Shown here in pieces: positions 11,003-22,200 of a stretch of 64,000 bases of DNA. Position numbers and translations under genes: made by a program. Location of the stretch: the NCBI GenBank assembly GCA_040954595.2, contig CM082581.2, forward strand, positions 124,001 through 188,000, in the 5' to 3' direction. Origin of the DNA: Balanoglossus misakiensis. Its lineage: Eukaryota > Animalia > Hemichordata. Position 1 is the stretch's first letter, and the number at the start of each line of letters is the position of its first letter. Below the pieces are notes generated by a model. It saw only the letters and a program-made list of their open reading frames with translations. It searched no databases and was not told the origin of the DNA.

Positions 11003-11246
11003 CTGATTAAAGAAAATGAGGTTTTTAGTGAAGTATTTGTGATACAGTGTCATTTAAAATAACAAATTACTTGAGATGATTCACTTCATAATTCTGAGAC
11101 AAGTATACGGGCATGTAGAAAATTCTTTGGAGGACATTAAACGTCATTTCTAATCAACCATTTTCTGAATATCATAAGACTCTGCGAGATCTCACATGGC
11201 TAACCGGGTCTCGCAAGATTTCGCACTGAGTTGATAATCTGTTGTA

Positions 11247-11278
<32 letters not shown>

Positions 11279-11385
11279 TAACCCCAGTCGCACTGACTTG
11301 AAAATCTGTTGTAAACACATACATGCATACACACATACCACTCAGTTTCATCACACAGCAAACTGAACAAGTACCACAATCTTAC

Positions 11386-11519
11386 CATTTGTACATCTGG
11401 TACAGTTTGTTGCACCAGCCAATGACACGTAACCCTTGGTACACTTGAATTGCGATGCACTGGGATCTGTGCAGGCGTACCCTTGCTCACAAATAGTACA
11501 CTGTTCAGCACCGGCTGAT
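11386..11519 (-). pseudogene. GCC2/GCC3-like Cys-repeat exon: SAGAEQCTICEQGYACTDPSASQFKCTKGYVSLAGATNCTRCTN
   Basis: cag/gtaag boundaries; open frame (see ORF 40913..41107). Confidence 0.8.
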
Positions 11520-11773
11520 CTGTAAATCAAACAAAGAATTTACACACCAAGTTAACCTTTGAATACCACTGTAAAAAATTGGCGCAAATTTTAATTATTT
11601 TCATAAATAGAGGTCTATTCAAATTTGGAAAAATTGTCATTTTTTCATTCATATATTATATCAGTAAATTTTAAATACAGAAATGGAAAATGTTCCCATC
11701 CTATTTTTCAGTTAGTAAATTACCTGACCTAATGTTTGATGTTGGAAATAAAGGTTGGTGGGTAGAAGTTTAC

Positions 11774-11904
11774 CTGTTATGCAAGAGGTACAGCGAGACA
11801 TCCTTTGTCCAAGGCCGAACTGTAATAACCAGCCGAGCATAAAATCACAGTGTTACCATTTGGACATTGGTTACCAGCTGGGCAATCAGCACATGATGTT
11901 TGTG
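11774..11904 (-). pseudogene. GCC2/GCC3-like Cys-repeat exon, degenerate at the 3' end: QTSCADCPAGNQCPNGNTVILCSAGYYSSALDKGCLA..*
   Basis: cag acceptor, gtaaa donor; TAA just before the donor. Confidence 0.75.
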
Positions 11905-12294
11905 CTGAAAATAAACAGAGATTTATAGAATCTTATAGTCACAGTCATACCTTCAAAGACGTGGGATTCTCACGCGGGTTGGGGACACAAAAATCCCTGG
12001 CAAAAGATTGAGGACAGGAAAATGCCAAACCAGAGATATTGGTAACAGAAACTGTATACAGTCAATGCCATATGGCAGTGTGCTGTTCTAACAACAGACA
12101 AGAATGTGACGATCATAGTCTGTGTCGGAGATTTGGAAAAGAGCAAATTCGGTGAAAAGACGGGACAAAACAAAAGTCTACTTATACAATGCACATGAAA
12201 ACTGGATGAAAGCGAAGCAGTCCACTATTTGAATGCATTGGATGTAAAATTGGCAGAATATTTGGACTGGACGTAATGTTTGTATGGGGTGCCA

Positions 12295-12780
12295 TGTGTT
12301 AACTTATTATTTAGCTAAATTATTTGTTCAAAAGTCGTTATTTAACATACTTATATGTATGTAATTATAGATTTGCAAACCATTTAAGTCCTGACAATTT
12401 ATTTATAAATAATTTCAAGTCGATTCAATTATATACATAAAATGTATTTTATGCTCTTTTATTTATATATAATAAATTATTTATAAACAATGTCAGTGTC
12501 AGTCTATTATATATATATCATGAGTGATGTACATAATTATTTATATATAATTAATTATTTATAAATAAAAAAAATTTAAGTGTATTATATATATATCATG
12601 AGTGATTTATAAATAATTTAAGTGCAAGTCTATTATATATATATCATGAGTGATTTACATTATATAATGAATTATATATAAATAAGTGATTTCTAAACCA
12701 TGAAAAAATGCACTCACGCCGTTTGTCAACTTATTATTTAACGCAAACTCATTATTTAACGCAAACTCATTATTTAAGGC
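12295..12780. repeat. Very AT-rich low-complexity block with internal direct repeats
   Basis: TATTATATATATATCATGAGTGAT x3 (12505-12655) and AACTCATTATTTAACGCA-like 18-mers x3 (12728-12778). Confidence 0.7.
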
Positions 12781-13034
12781 CTGTTCACACGACCCCTTGC
12801 ATTTGGATCATTACGCACACATATAGTCCCCACACGTGAACAAGAAATGCACATTACGTGCGGTCATTTCATTTTTATTATACTCCTTTCAAAGGTTAGA
12901 TGAAACACCGAAAAAGGTATCAACTAGTTAGTGATTTTAGCCCGTGATTGCAATGTTTGATTGAAACGCGAAAAGCTGATCGATAGCTCTACATTGTGGT
13001 CTCCGAGGTCAAAGGTTGGCCGGTCATGACAATG

Positions 13035-13224
13035 CCATTATTAAAATAGGGGCCAGTCTTCAAGACGTGACTCTACCAGCCTCCAGACCAGGAACTGGCG
13101 ACCCGCCGTTTGTTTCCAACGCCAAATTTGATTCTAATGTTGAATTTACGAGAAAACAATTTATCTGACCTGTAGTTTTTTGGCTCACTTACGTTTTGAT
13201 GACTGGCCCCTATTTTAATAATGG
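13035..13224. mobile_element. 190-bp MITE with ~35-bp TIRs
   Basis: CCATTATTAAAATAGGGGCCAGTC(T/A)TCAA(G/A)ACGT is inverted at both ends; no clear TSD. Also at 27315, 42597 and 59998. Confidence 0.75.
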
Positions 13225-13540
13225 TACCACATGACTCAGTATGTCCAGCTAAAGGCAAGTCATGCAGGAAGTGTGGCAAACCTAACCATTTAGCCAAATG
13301 CTACCATTCAAAAGGCAAGGCAAATAGGGTAGACAAGGATAAAACTGTCAAAGCTGTGCATAAAGTGGAAGACAGCTCGGGAGATGAATACTGCTTCACT
13401 GTACAACAATCAAATGGCAGGAGGCCTCGAGTAACAGTGCAGATAGAACAAACAGCAGTTGCCTCACTGATCGACCCTGGTTCTACAATAAACATGATGG
13501 GTGTAAACACATACAACAACCTAAAGAACAAACCCATGTG
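13225..13540 (+). mobile_element. Ty3/Gypsy LTR-retrotransposon fragment (gag zinc knuckle to aspartic protease)
   Basis: PHDSVCPAKGKSCRKCGKPNHLAKC (CCHC knuckle), followed by LIDPGSTINMM (degenerate D[ST]G protease motif). Also at 27505, 42787 and 60188. Confidence 0.8.
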
Positions 13541-14902
13541 GCAAACAGAAAGCCCGTTTTACCACTGCCAGCAGTGCATTATTGAGTATTTTAGCATCGC
13601 TGGATTTAGCTCTCGTCCAATCAGAGTTGCGGACGGTAGCATGATATACTAGTAATATAATTGAGAATAAATCTCGCGACAAGTGTACAGTTTGACAATG
13701 TACACAGATAATCCGTTTCAACAATGTTTCCTTTGTAGTGTGAATAAAACTGCACACTTTGCAAGTTTTCAACTTCAAAACACTATGGCTATTACAGAGA
13801 CAAAGCTGCTAATATTCAGTGTATACCTGTCATTTTTGTTTGTGGTGAGATTTTCATTGGCACAGTCGCACAGAGCTCACACAAGAGGAAATTACACTTT
13901 CTGTTGAATTCACTGCATACTGCTAACTTTAAGTCATATATCCACTGAAACATTAAGTTATAGAATTTTCCATCGCAGTATTCTGTTTTATATACATGTA
14001 TAGCAGTCCCACACATATTGATTAATTTGACAAAAGAAACTGACTGACAATTTTCACAGCGCTCCCAGTAAAGCATCCTTGGCAGGTGCACGTCAATGCC
14101 ACACACGAGGTTAGGGTTGGCAAGTGCTGCCATTTTGACATGGGTTGTTAGCACTAATCAATTCCTACGCATGACAGAAAAATGAAGAATTAGGCTATGG
14201 GCCGGAACTGCCTATCGTTTCAAAATGCACTCTGTATATTAGGGTCTATTTCTTTTACATAAAAGACAAGTCTTCTTGCTCTAATATGATAAAATAAAAA
14301 AACTTCAACTTAAATATTGCGTCCTCAGAGGTAATATCGAGCCCTAAAAATCAGGTATGCTAATGCGGTTAAAGGTCGTGCAGTTCTCCTTATAACAATC
14401 GTTCGATTGGTGGTTACGTGACTGCATCAATCACAGAATGCGTTATGTCACTCAGCAATTACACACACAGGGCAAACTATCAGGCAGCTACATGTACACT
14501 AGTATACATGTTACAGAAGATTAAACAGAATTTTTGGTAAGGAAAGTTTGAGCAGACTAGTCCATTCAATGTAAAAAATGGTGCTGATTCCAAAAAAGTC
14601 AGTCTTATTGACCCCTTTGAAGACAAAATTGCCATTTTTGCCACTTTTAACCCAAAAGGTCATTAAAAAAACCCACTCAAAACACACTGTTTTCATCACA
14701 TTCGGAGATCTGATGACATTTGAGGATTATGCGGAAACAGTGACACAGCAGAATAAAAATTACAGGTGACATTTGCAAGCACTTATGATCTGACCATATA
14801 GAAATATGCAATGTAAAAACATTAACAAGGAACATGCCCAATAAACTGTCATGTGTCATGGCAGTCTTACAAGTGGTGCTAGAAAAAAAAATTGACCAAA
14901 AA

Positions 14903-14977
14903 TTGTCTGTACACAAACACATATGCGAAGCAACTTCTTTCAGTCAGCCCTGGAACAGACACACACTGACCTGCCAC
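14903..14977 (-). pseudogene. Possible remnant of a 12th EGF-variant exon: AGQCVSVPGLTERSCFAYV/(shift)CLCTD
   Basis: Cys spacing resembles C3-Ca-C4-x-C5 after a 2-nt frameshift; truncated by repeat DNA. Confidence 0.4.
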
Positions 14978-15099
14978 TGGTAATTAAAATGTGATAGCTG
15001 GTGGTCTCTGTAACAGCTGGCCTATTTAAGTTATGTAAACATGTCTTTGTTCGAGGTAACAACTCCTTGTAAATAGTAACTTTAAAAACAACTGGACAA

Positions 15100-16090
15100 T
15101 TTGTTTAGGAGAAGATTTGCTAACCAAAAACAAAGAAACTTACCAAAAAAACTCGCTAAATATTTAATCTTTCTGATCTCAGAATTGAATAAAAGTTGCA
15201 CATATACAGGTATGTGTTATGAAATTATATCCTAAATTTCAAAGCAATCAGAGAAAAAACTAATTTCAAAGCAATCCAACAAGCAGTTTCACAGAAAATA
15301 TTTGTTCAAAAGTGGCAAAAACACAAATATGCAAATATCACCAAAATTGTACAATATCTTACTTCAATCACTACAAGGAACATGCTGCCTAAGTTCAATG
15401 CAATAGGACAAGCGGTTTCAGTGAAAACAATTTTTGACAAAAATTGCAAAAGTTTCCCCGATAACACATTTATGCAAATATCACATTTTTTACAACATAT
15501 TATTTAGGTTACCCCTACGAACATGCCTACCAAATTGCAAAGCAATCTGGCATGAGGTTTTAAAGAAAAACATTTTTTGACCAAAAATGGCAAATAATGC
15601 TCAAAATTATAGATATGCAAATTTTGCAACAATTTGAACAAAACTATGGTTACTTAGACAACATTAGGAGGCTTCATACTAAATTTCAAAGACTTTTACC
15701 AATAACATGGAAAAATAAAAAAAAATGCAAAAAAATAGGAAATCGATAATATTAGCTCAAAACATACAGGGTTGTATGAGGTTGATATAAGGTACATGCA
15801 TACCATTTTTCAAATCAATATGACCAGTGGTTGTCCAGTTTTTGAGTTTTGACCAATTTCACATTTTCCCAGCTAATTTGCATATTTTTGGCAATGACAT
15901 CTTCATTTGAACAAACTCCCATCTACAGCCCTGCCTGCATCTACACGCCAAATATCAAGGTCATACGCGCTGCGGTTTTCAAGTTTTTCATGTGGACGGA
16001 CATACAGACATACATCCATCCATCCATCCATACATACAGACGTAACCAATCCCATAAGTTCCCATGGTACATACCAATGGGACCTAAAAA
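15100..16090 (-). mobile_element. Older Helentron/HINE-like non-autonomous element in every unit (left boundary uncertain)
   Basis: On the minus strand it starts TTTTTAGGTCCCATTGGTATGTACCATGGGAACTTA (hairpin), followed by a (GTAT/GGAT)n microsatellite and degenerate tandem subrepeats. Confidence 0.6.
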
Positions 16091-16102
16091 CTTGTGACTT
16101 AC

Positions 16103-16225
16103 ATGTAACACATGTTTGCCCAGTGTAGCAGGTTGGACAGTTGCAGGTGTAGATTGAGCAGGAGCCTTGAAGTGGCTGATACACTCCGTTATTCAGACAT
16201 GGGTTTAGAAGACACTGGTTGATCG
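16103..16225 (-). pseudogene. EGF-variant exon (123 nt): INQCLLNPCLNNGVYQPLQGSCSIYTCNCPTCYTGQTCVT; third Cys>Tyr
   Basis: tag/gtaagt boundaries, open frame. Confidence 0.85.
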
Positions 16226-19200
16226 CTAAGGGTGAGAGAAATGAAAAGTATCACATTAGGGTCTTACACACTTGAGTGGGAAGTGAAATCTGTAGCAGAC
16301 TGTCAGAAGATTGCACATCCGTGTGATCATGTTCATGTGTGAAGGATAATGAAGACCACTTGATCCAAGCTTGGTGCTACCATCTTTATCATAATTACTG
16401 AATCTTATAATATTTACTAGTTGGGGGTGGGTGGGGTGGGGGTGGGGGTAGTTGATGTCATAACTTTCTGATGTTTCAATTTACGGTTGGAAAAATAGCA
16501 ACATCTACACTGATGAGCATTTGAGTCAATGAAAGTATTCATCATGGCTACCGTAGTGCATATAAGTCTCTTGGTTAGCTGCACAATCACAGGCAACTTT
16601 ATTGAGACAATATCAATGACAAAGCCCAGCGATTTCTACTTTGTGCGGGAAATCTGACACTGGTTTGCTTACGTTCAGCGCACGTGGTTCCGATGAAACA
16701 GCGTGGACTCTGGCATCTGAACTCGGTGCAGGACACTTGCTGGCAGAATCCACTGGTTAGACAAGGGTTGGGCTGACACGGATTCAAATCTGTGCACAGA
16801 AGAGAAAGTGATATAAATTGTGTACAGTTAATATTTACTACATATACTTTAAACAGATTTGTGCAGTCAGGGTTGAGTGGTAAAAATCTCAGTTGGTCAA
16901 CAGAACATCACTGTGACAAATTTCTTCCATGTTCAACAAAAGAAACGTAATGAAATTTTGACACAGGTGTAATAGTGTCTTAGTGTACCATACGGTGCAG
17001 GTTGTTATTTGGTCAAATACACAATCCCCTTTTATGGCACACACATTCTTAATAAATTTCCCCAAAATTGTGTCGTTATTCACTGTTTGATACAGGTTGG
17101 AAGAAACCAACTGCAAGCCGATTATGTGTTATGTTATTATGTTCCTCTTCATCTGAAATTTAAAATCACTCACATGTCTGACATAAATCGCCGGAGTAAC
17201 AGCTTGTACAGGAGCATGTGAATTCAGTACACCAATTGGGCGTCAGCACACAGTTTCCACCATTCCGACACTGGATGGGTTGACACTGGTTGACAGCTGT
17301 GGGATGTGCAGTCAAGATATTGTCAAAATTACAGAATCTACAAACTACACTCCACAGTCATGTACATGTATACATGACAACAACCAAAGGGCTGTTTTGA
17401 AAAACCAAATGCTGTGAAATCCTTTAGAGTGTGACAAGAAACCACAGTTGCAACCGAAAACAAAAATAGTGATAACATTAAGCTAGCCCAAAGTTTGAGT
17501 TACCAGGGCTTTAATATGTGTACCGTACTTATATTATATAATATATAACAAGTGTTTTGCATTGAATAAAATAATATTGGTTAGTACTTACGCATTGTAC
17601 ATGTGGCACCAGTGAAGCATTCGGTACACATACAGTCAAACAGGAAACAGCCGTCTCACGCAACGCATGTGCCACCATTTTGACAAGGCATAGGGTATAA
17701 CTGATCAATGGCTGCCAAAACAAAAATGAAAGTATCAATTACCTGCTTGTCAAAAACTTGTACATGTACTTGTGATGTTCATTTCGTTTAAATATGTGAG
17801 CAATGTCTTCATTCCTTGTTTCAAACCTTTACATTTAAAATAACATAATGATGCTATTGCTAGGATTTTTCTGTAAGAATCTTGAAAAATTAAAAAAATG
17901 TGCCATCAACATGATACAGAAGGCTTTCCTTTTTAACATGCACCTCACACTCAATTTTGACCCTACATCAGCAAATTTTGAAAGGATGAAACTTAGTAAT
18001 GCTTCCACCCCATTTATTGGTGTATGGGTCCATCTATCACATTGAGAATACCAAAAATGAGGGTTTATATACCACGCTGTGTCATAAAACAGTAATTCGA
18101 CACACCTACGGCACAGATGGCCCCAGTCCAACACTTCTGGCAGTAACAGGTGTAGTCAGTATAAGAATTTGGTGTTTTGGAACAATAGCCTCCATTTTGA
18201 CACGGATTCTGATCACATGGGTTAATGACAATCAGAAAAAAAATAGTTTAAAACACATGAAATGCAGATGGCTACACCTCAACCAAAGATGATTCCTGCA
18301 CCACAACAAAATCCTTTGACACAAGCATTATACTGGAACCATACCCAGAACACGCATTAAGTATATGATGAAGGGACAATGTCTCTATTTTGGGTAATAC
18401 AGTAAAACCTGTCTTTATGGACACCTCTCTAATCAGAACACCTAGTAAGATTGATTTTTCAAGCCAAATAGTAAGGATAATTAAGGACGTCTCTTTTACT
18501 TAATACTCAGAGGTGTGCACCACCTTAGGAGAGATTACCTCACATGCACAATTATCTCTACAGACACTAGTCTTCAAGAGGCAACTCTTGTATATTTGAG
18601 TGATGAAAACATCCAACTTCGTACACTTCCTCACAAGTTCGTGCCTATCCTAAATTGCACGGACATACAAATGAAATTTCTGTTTCCTTTTCCTTTCTTT
18701 TCTCTTGGGGAAATTTTAGAAATGAGAAGTTACCACACAATTCAATTGCCATGAAGAGAAAGTGCCCAAAAGATTGTCATTTACGGTACGTCAGAAACTT
18801 ACATATTTCACAACGGTTACCCTCATAGCAACCAGTACAGGCACAGGTATATGCCGTGCAGGAGTTGGCCACTGCATTACATACAGCCCCGTTGAGACAG
18901 CTGTTTCGCTATAACTGAGCCTCCTAAATGTATAACTGAACAATAAGAAGTCAAGGGTGCCCTGACACCCAACTTTTAAGAGCAGTTCATTTACTGAAAC
19001 TGCCAGCACCCAATATTATCCCACATGTAATCCATATGTGGAATTATATTATACCAGTATATTGAAGGTGTAAATCACGCTATTTGATTGGTCGAGACAC
19101 GACACGTGACCAGGATATATTAGCCATATACCACAGTCATATATCATAGTCAAAGAAAATGCCTTTTTAAAATGTTTTATGCAAAGTTTCAATATACTGG

Positions 19201-22200
19201 CATAATATAATAGCAATAAAACACCCCCAGCCATGGTATACCACTCAATTTTGACCAGTTCAACTCCATATACGCACTCGCTATCGCTCGTGCGTATATG
19301 TCGTGAACTGGTCAAAATCTCGTGGTATACCATGGCTGGGGGTGTTTTATTGCTTAAATCAAATACACCTGTAACAGTTTTAATTTACCATGTGGGTATT
19401 TGCATGGAGGGCCATGGTATTTGTTATCTACTGATAAAATACCCTTCAAAACAATATCCTCATTTCTTCAGAAGTTTGGCAACAAGACCAATAAAATTTG
19501 AAGTTTCACATCAAAATATACAATGCATAAATATGCTTAAAGATCTACGGAATAAAGATTGCTTGTTTGTTTGCAGGGTGTCTTGAAAGTATATACTCAC
19601 TTGTTTGACCATGGACCCTAGAGAAAGAAGGACGCGCAACTCCAGTTTTTTCTTGAAATGATGTTCTTTTGCATACATTATTTCCAGGTAAATCCCAATA
19701 ATCCAATTTGCAAATAAACTGTGTATAAACTAACGCAAAGTCTCGCGTTTTGCGTGAAGTTATCACAAACACCTTAGAACATCTCGCAGAAGACGAGAAA
19801 ACTGCAACGTGGTTGAACGCAGCAATCATTTATGGAACACATCTGCACAAGTTAAACAGGAATTTGGCACCTCTGAGTCTGACAGCGTCCAAAACAAGCA
19901 TCTTTTGTCTAACAGTCCGGGTATTTCACAAGGCTGTGAGCTAACCGTACCGAGGGTTGCCTGGCGGCAATAGCGCACACATGAAAATCCAGCCAGTTTG
20001 TTTATAAATTGTTTTCGTGAAATCTGTTTTATTGTTCACGCACTGCGAAATAAAATGCCCCTAAACCACAATTTTTGTTTCAATGCTTCACGCAAACATA
20101 AAATTATTACGAAAAGTGTCAGCGTTACCAAGAAATATGAGTGCCCAGTCGGACATGCAAGAAGGACGCGCAACTCCAGTTTTTTCTTGAAATGATGTTC
20201 TTTTGCATACATTATTTCCAGGTAAATCCCAATAATCCAATTTGCAAATAAACTGTGTATAAACTAACGCAAAGTCTCGCATTTTGCGTGAAGTTATCAC
20301 AAACACCTTAGAACATCTCGCAGAAGACGAGAAAACTGCAACGTGGTTGAACGCAGCAATCATTTATGGAACACATCTGCACAAGTTAAACAGGAATTTG
20401 GCATGGATGATTTGTTTACAATTTTTAAATGAAGCTTGTGGCACTAGAAATGACCGTTCATCCGACAGACGACCATAATAATTAGCACAGACATCGTAAT
20501 ACTTTTAGAATTTTAGAAAAAAACGCAGTGGCTGCTGAAATGCAGGAGTGTCAGTTTGGTGGCAAGTTTTCGCATCACTGGTGGGGTCGACACGTGCCGA
20601 AGTAAGGAAGTCATTGTCCAACTGTCCTGGGTGTTAATTATATGCAAAAGAACATCATCATACAGATAATCCCCAAACCCTTTGATCTTTGCCGCAGTTG
20701 CTCGTCCTTCTTTCTCTAGGGTCTATGGTTTGACAGATGTCACCTGTGTAAGAGTTCACACACTGGCATGAATAGAAATTGCACGATGTTTGCTGGCAAA
20801 ATCCACCATTCATACATGGGTTGGGATCACAGGGGTTTTGCACTGGAAATTAAGAAAGGACGCCATTTTATTCCTTGCTACTCATTCTACAGTACAGATA
20901 TGGCAAAAACCTTGCAGAATTATGGCAAGGGTGTGTGGAGTGATTGTGCCTACAACTTATATTAGGCTGGTATCAAGTTGTTCACACCTCCATAGATCAT
21001 GTGGCAGTGACTGTGAGGCAAGGGCTTCCCTTCATGAAATCAAAGACCTGTGTACTGGAGGAGGGTTCCTTGCAAATGCTTGACTTGACTTCAAGCATAC
21101 CTGTAGACGCATATGTAAATTTACACTATCTGGCCTGGAGTGAGAATTTCCATAGTGGATGTGCGTTGACAAAAGGCTGTAAAATTGGCCAGTCGCGCAT
21201 AATGTTTCTTGAACTAAGACAATCAAGACATTATGCGCTACGAAAGTGATTTTGATTGGGAAGAGTGTAATCTTGCATTCGATGTCAAGAACGCTCCAAG
21301 CTCTGCTGTGGTGATGGCTACACCTATGCTCAGGAAACATGCAGTATTTGAATGCATCAGAGACAAAAGGTAAAAGAGACTGCGCTGTATACTTACATAT
21401 CTCACACCTATCACCTTTGTAGCAACCAGTACATATGCAGGTGAGATCAAAGCAGGAATTTCGAGCCGGTTGACAGAAGCCACCATTCTGGCACGGATTT
21501 GGTGGACACTGGTTGAGTCCTACAAGGAAAAGGGTCACATTTTCCATGATCATCAATGTCATGTGATTATGAATGTATGTCAGTGGCTGAAAAAAATTCC
21601 CAGGGGTGAGTTTCCTACAAAAATTGTGATGTGACAAACCGACAAATTAGCATATTAGCATAATCAGAATAAATAAAAAACAGGTAGTTTAAAAGAACAA
21701 ACACTTTGGAAAAGGAATAGAGCTAAGCTGCCGTCCCTTTCTAATTGTTACTCGTTCAAAAATCACCTGTCACATCACTCCAATTTTGTATCAGTTGCAC
21801 TGGCTACCTGTTACAGAGCGTATTGTTTTTAAGATGTTAGTTCTCATTTTTAAATCCATTCATAAACTTGGTCCAATCTATCTTTCTAGCATGACTAATC
21901 TATATGTTCCGTGTCGCAATTTGAGGTCAGCTGATCAGTTCAAACTCTGCCCTGTTCGATCACGCACCAAGAGTTATGGTGATCGTGCTTTTACTGTTGC
22001 TGCTCCAATTCTTTGGAATAATCTTCCACTCACCATTCGCCAGGCACCAGACTTATCTGTTTTTAAATCAAATGTTAAAACTTTACTTTTTAAATCTGTT
22101 TTTTAGCCATTTGTTGTGTTGTATTGTACTTTTGCTTTAAGCGTCATTGATCACATTTTTTGTGGATACTGACGCTATACAAATAAATTATTATTATTAT

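Larger units (their letters stand above)
303..11904 (-). pseudogene. Multi-exon pseudogene fragment of a Cys-rich extracellular protein (GCC2/GCC3-like repeats then 8-Cys EGF repeats), copy A; probably continues off the left edge
   Basis: 15 exon-like segments, nearly all bounded by AG/GT, translate to Cys-repeat modules. Several carry in-frame stops or frameshifts. Confidence 0.85.
1..16370. repeat. Tandem macro-repeat unit, copy 1 (16370 bp; phase arbitrary)
   Basis: TTGGTGCTACCATCTTTA recurs at 1, 16371, 30652, 46409 and 63337. The ORF track repeats with constant offsets between indels. Confidence 0.97.

Noticed and set aside
10531-11010. 159-aa plus-strand ORF
   Set aside because: It is the antisense shadow of minus-strand Cys-repeat exons and has no recognisable motif.
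12130-12235. Short plus-strand peptide RRDKTKVYLYNAHENWMKAK resembling transposon accessory proteins
   Set aside because: Too short and bounded by stops; cannot be supported without a search.
12728-12778. CRISPR-like short repeats
   Set aside because: These are contiguous 18-bp tandem repeats without unique spacers, in spliceosomal-intron eukaryotic DNA.
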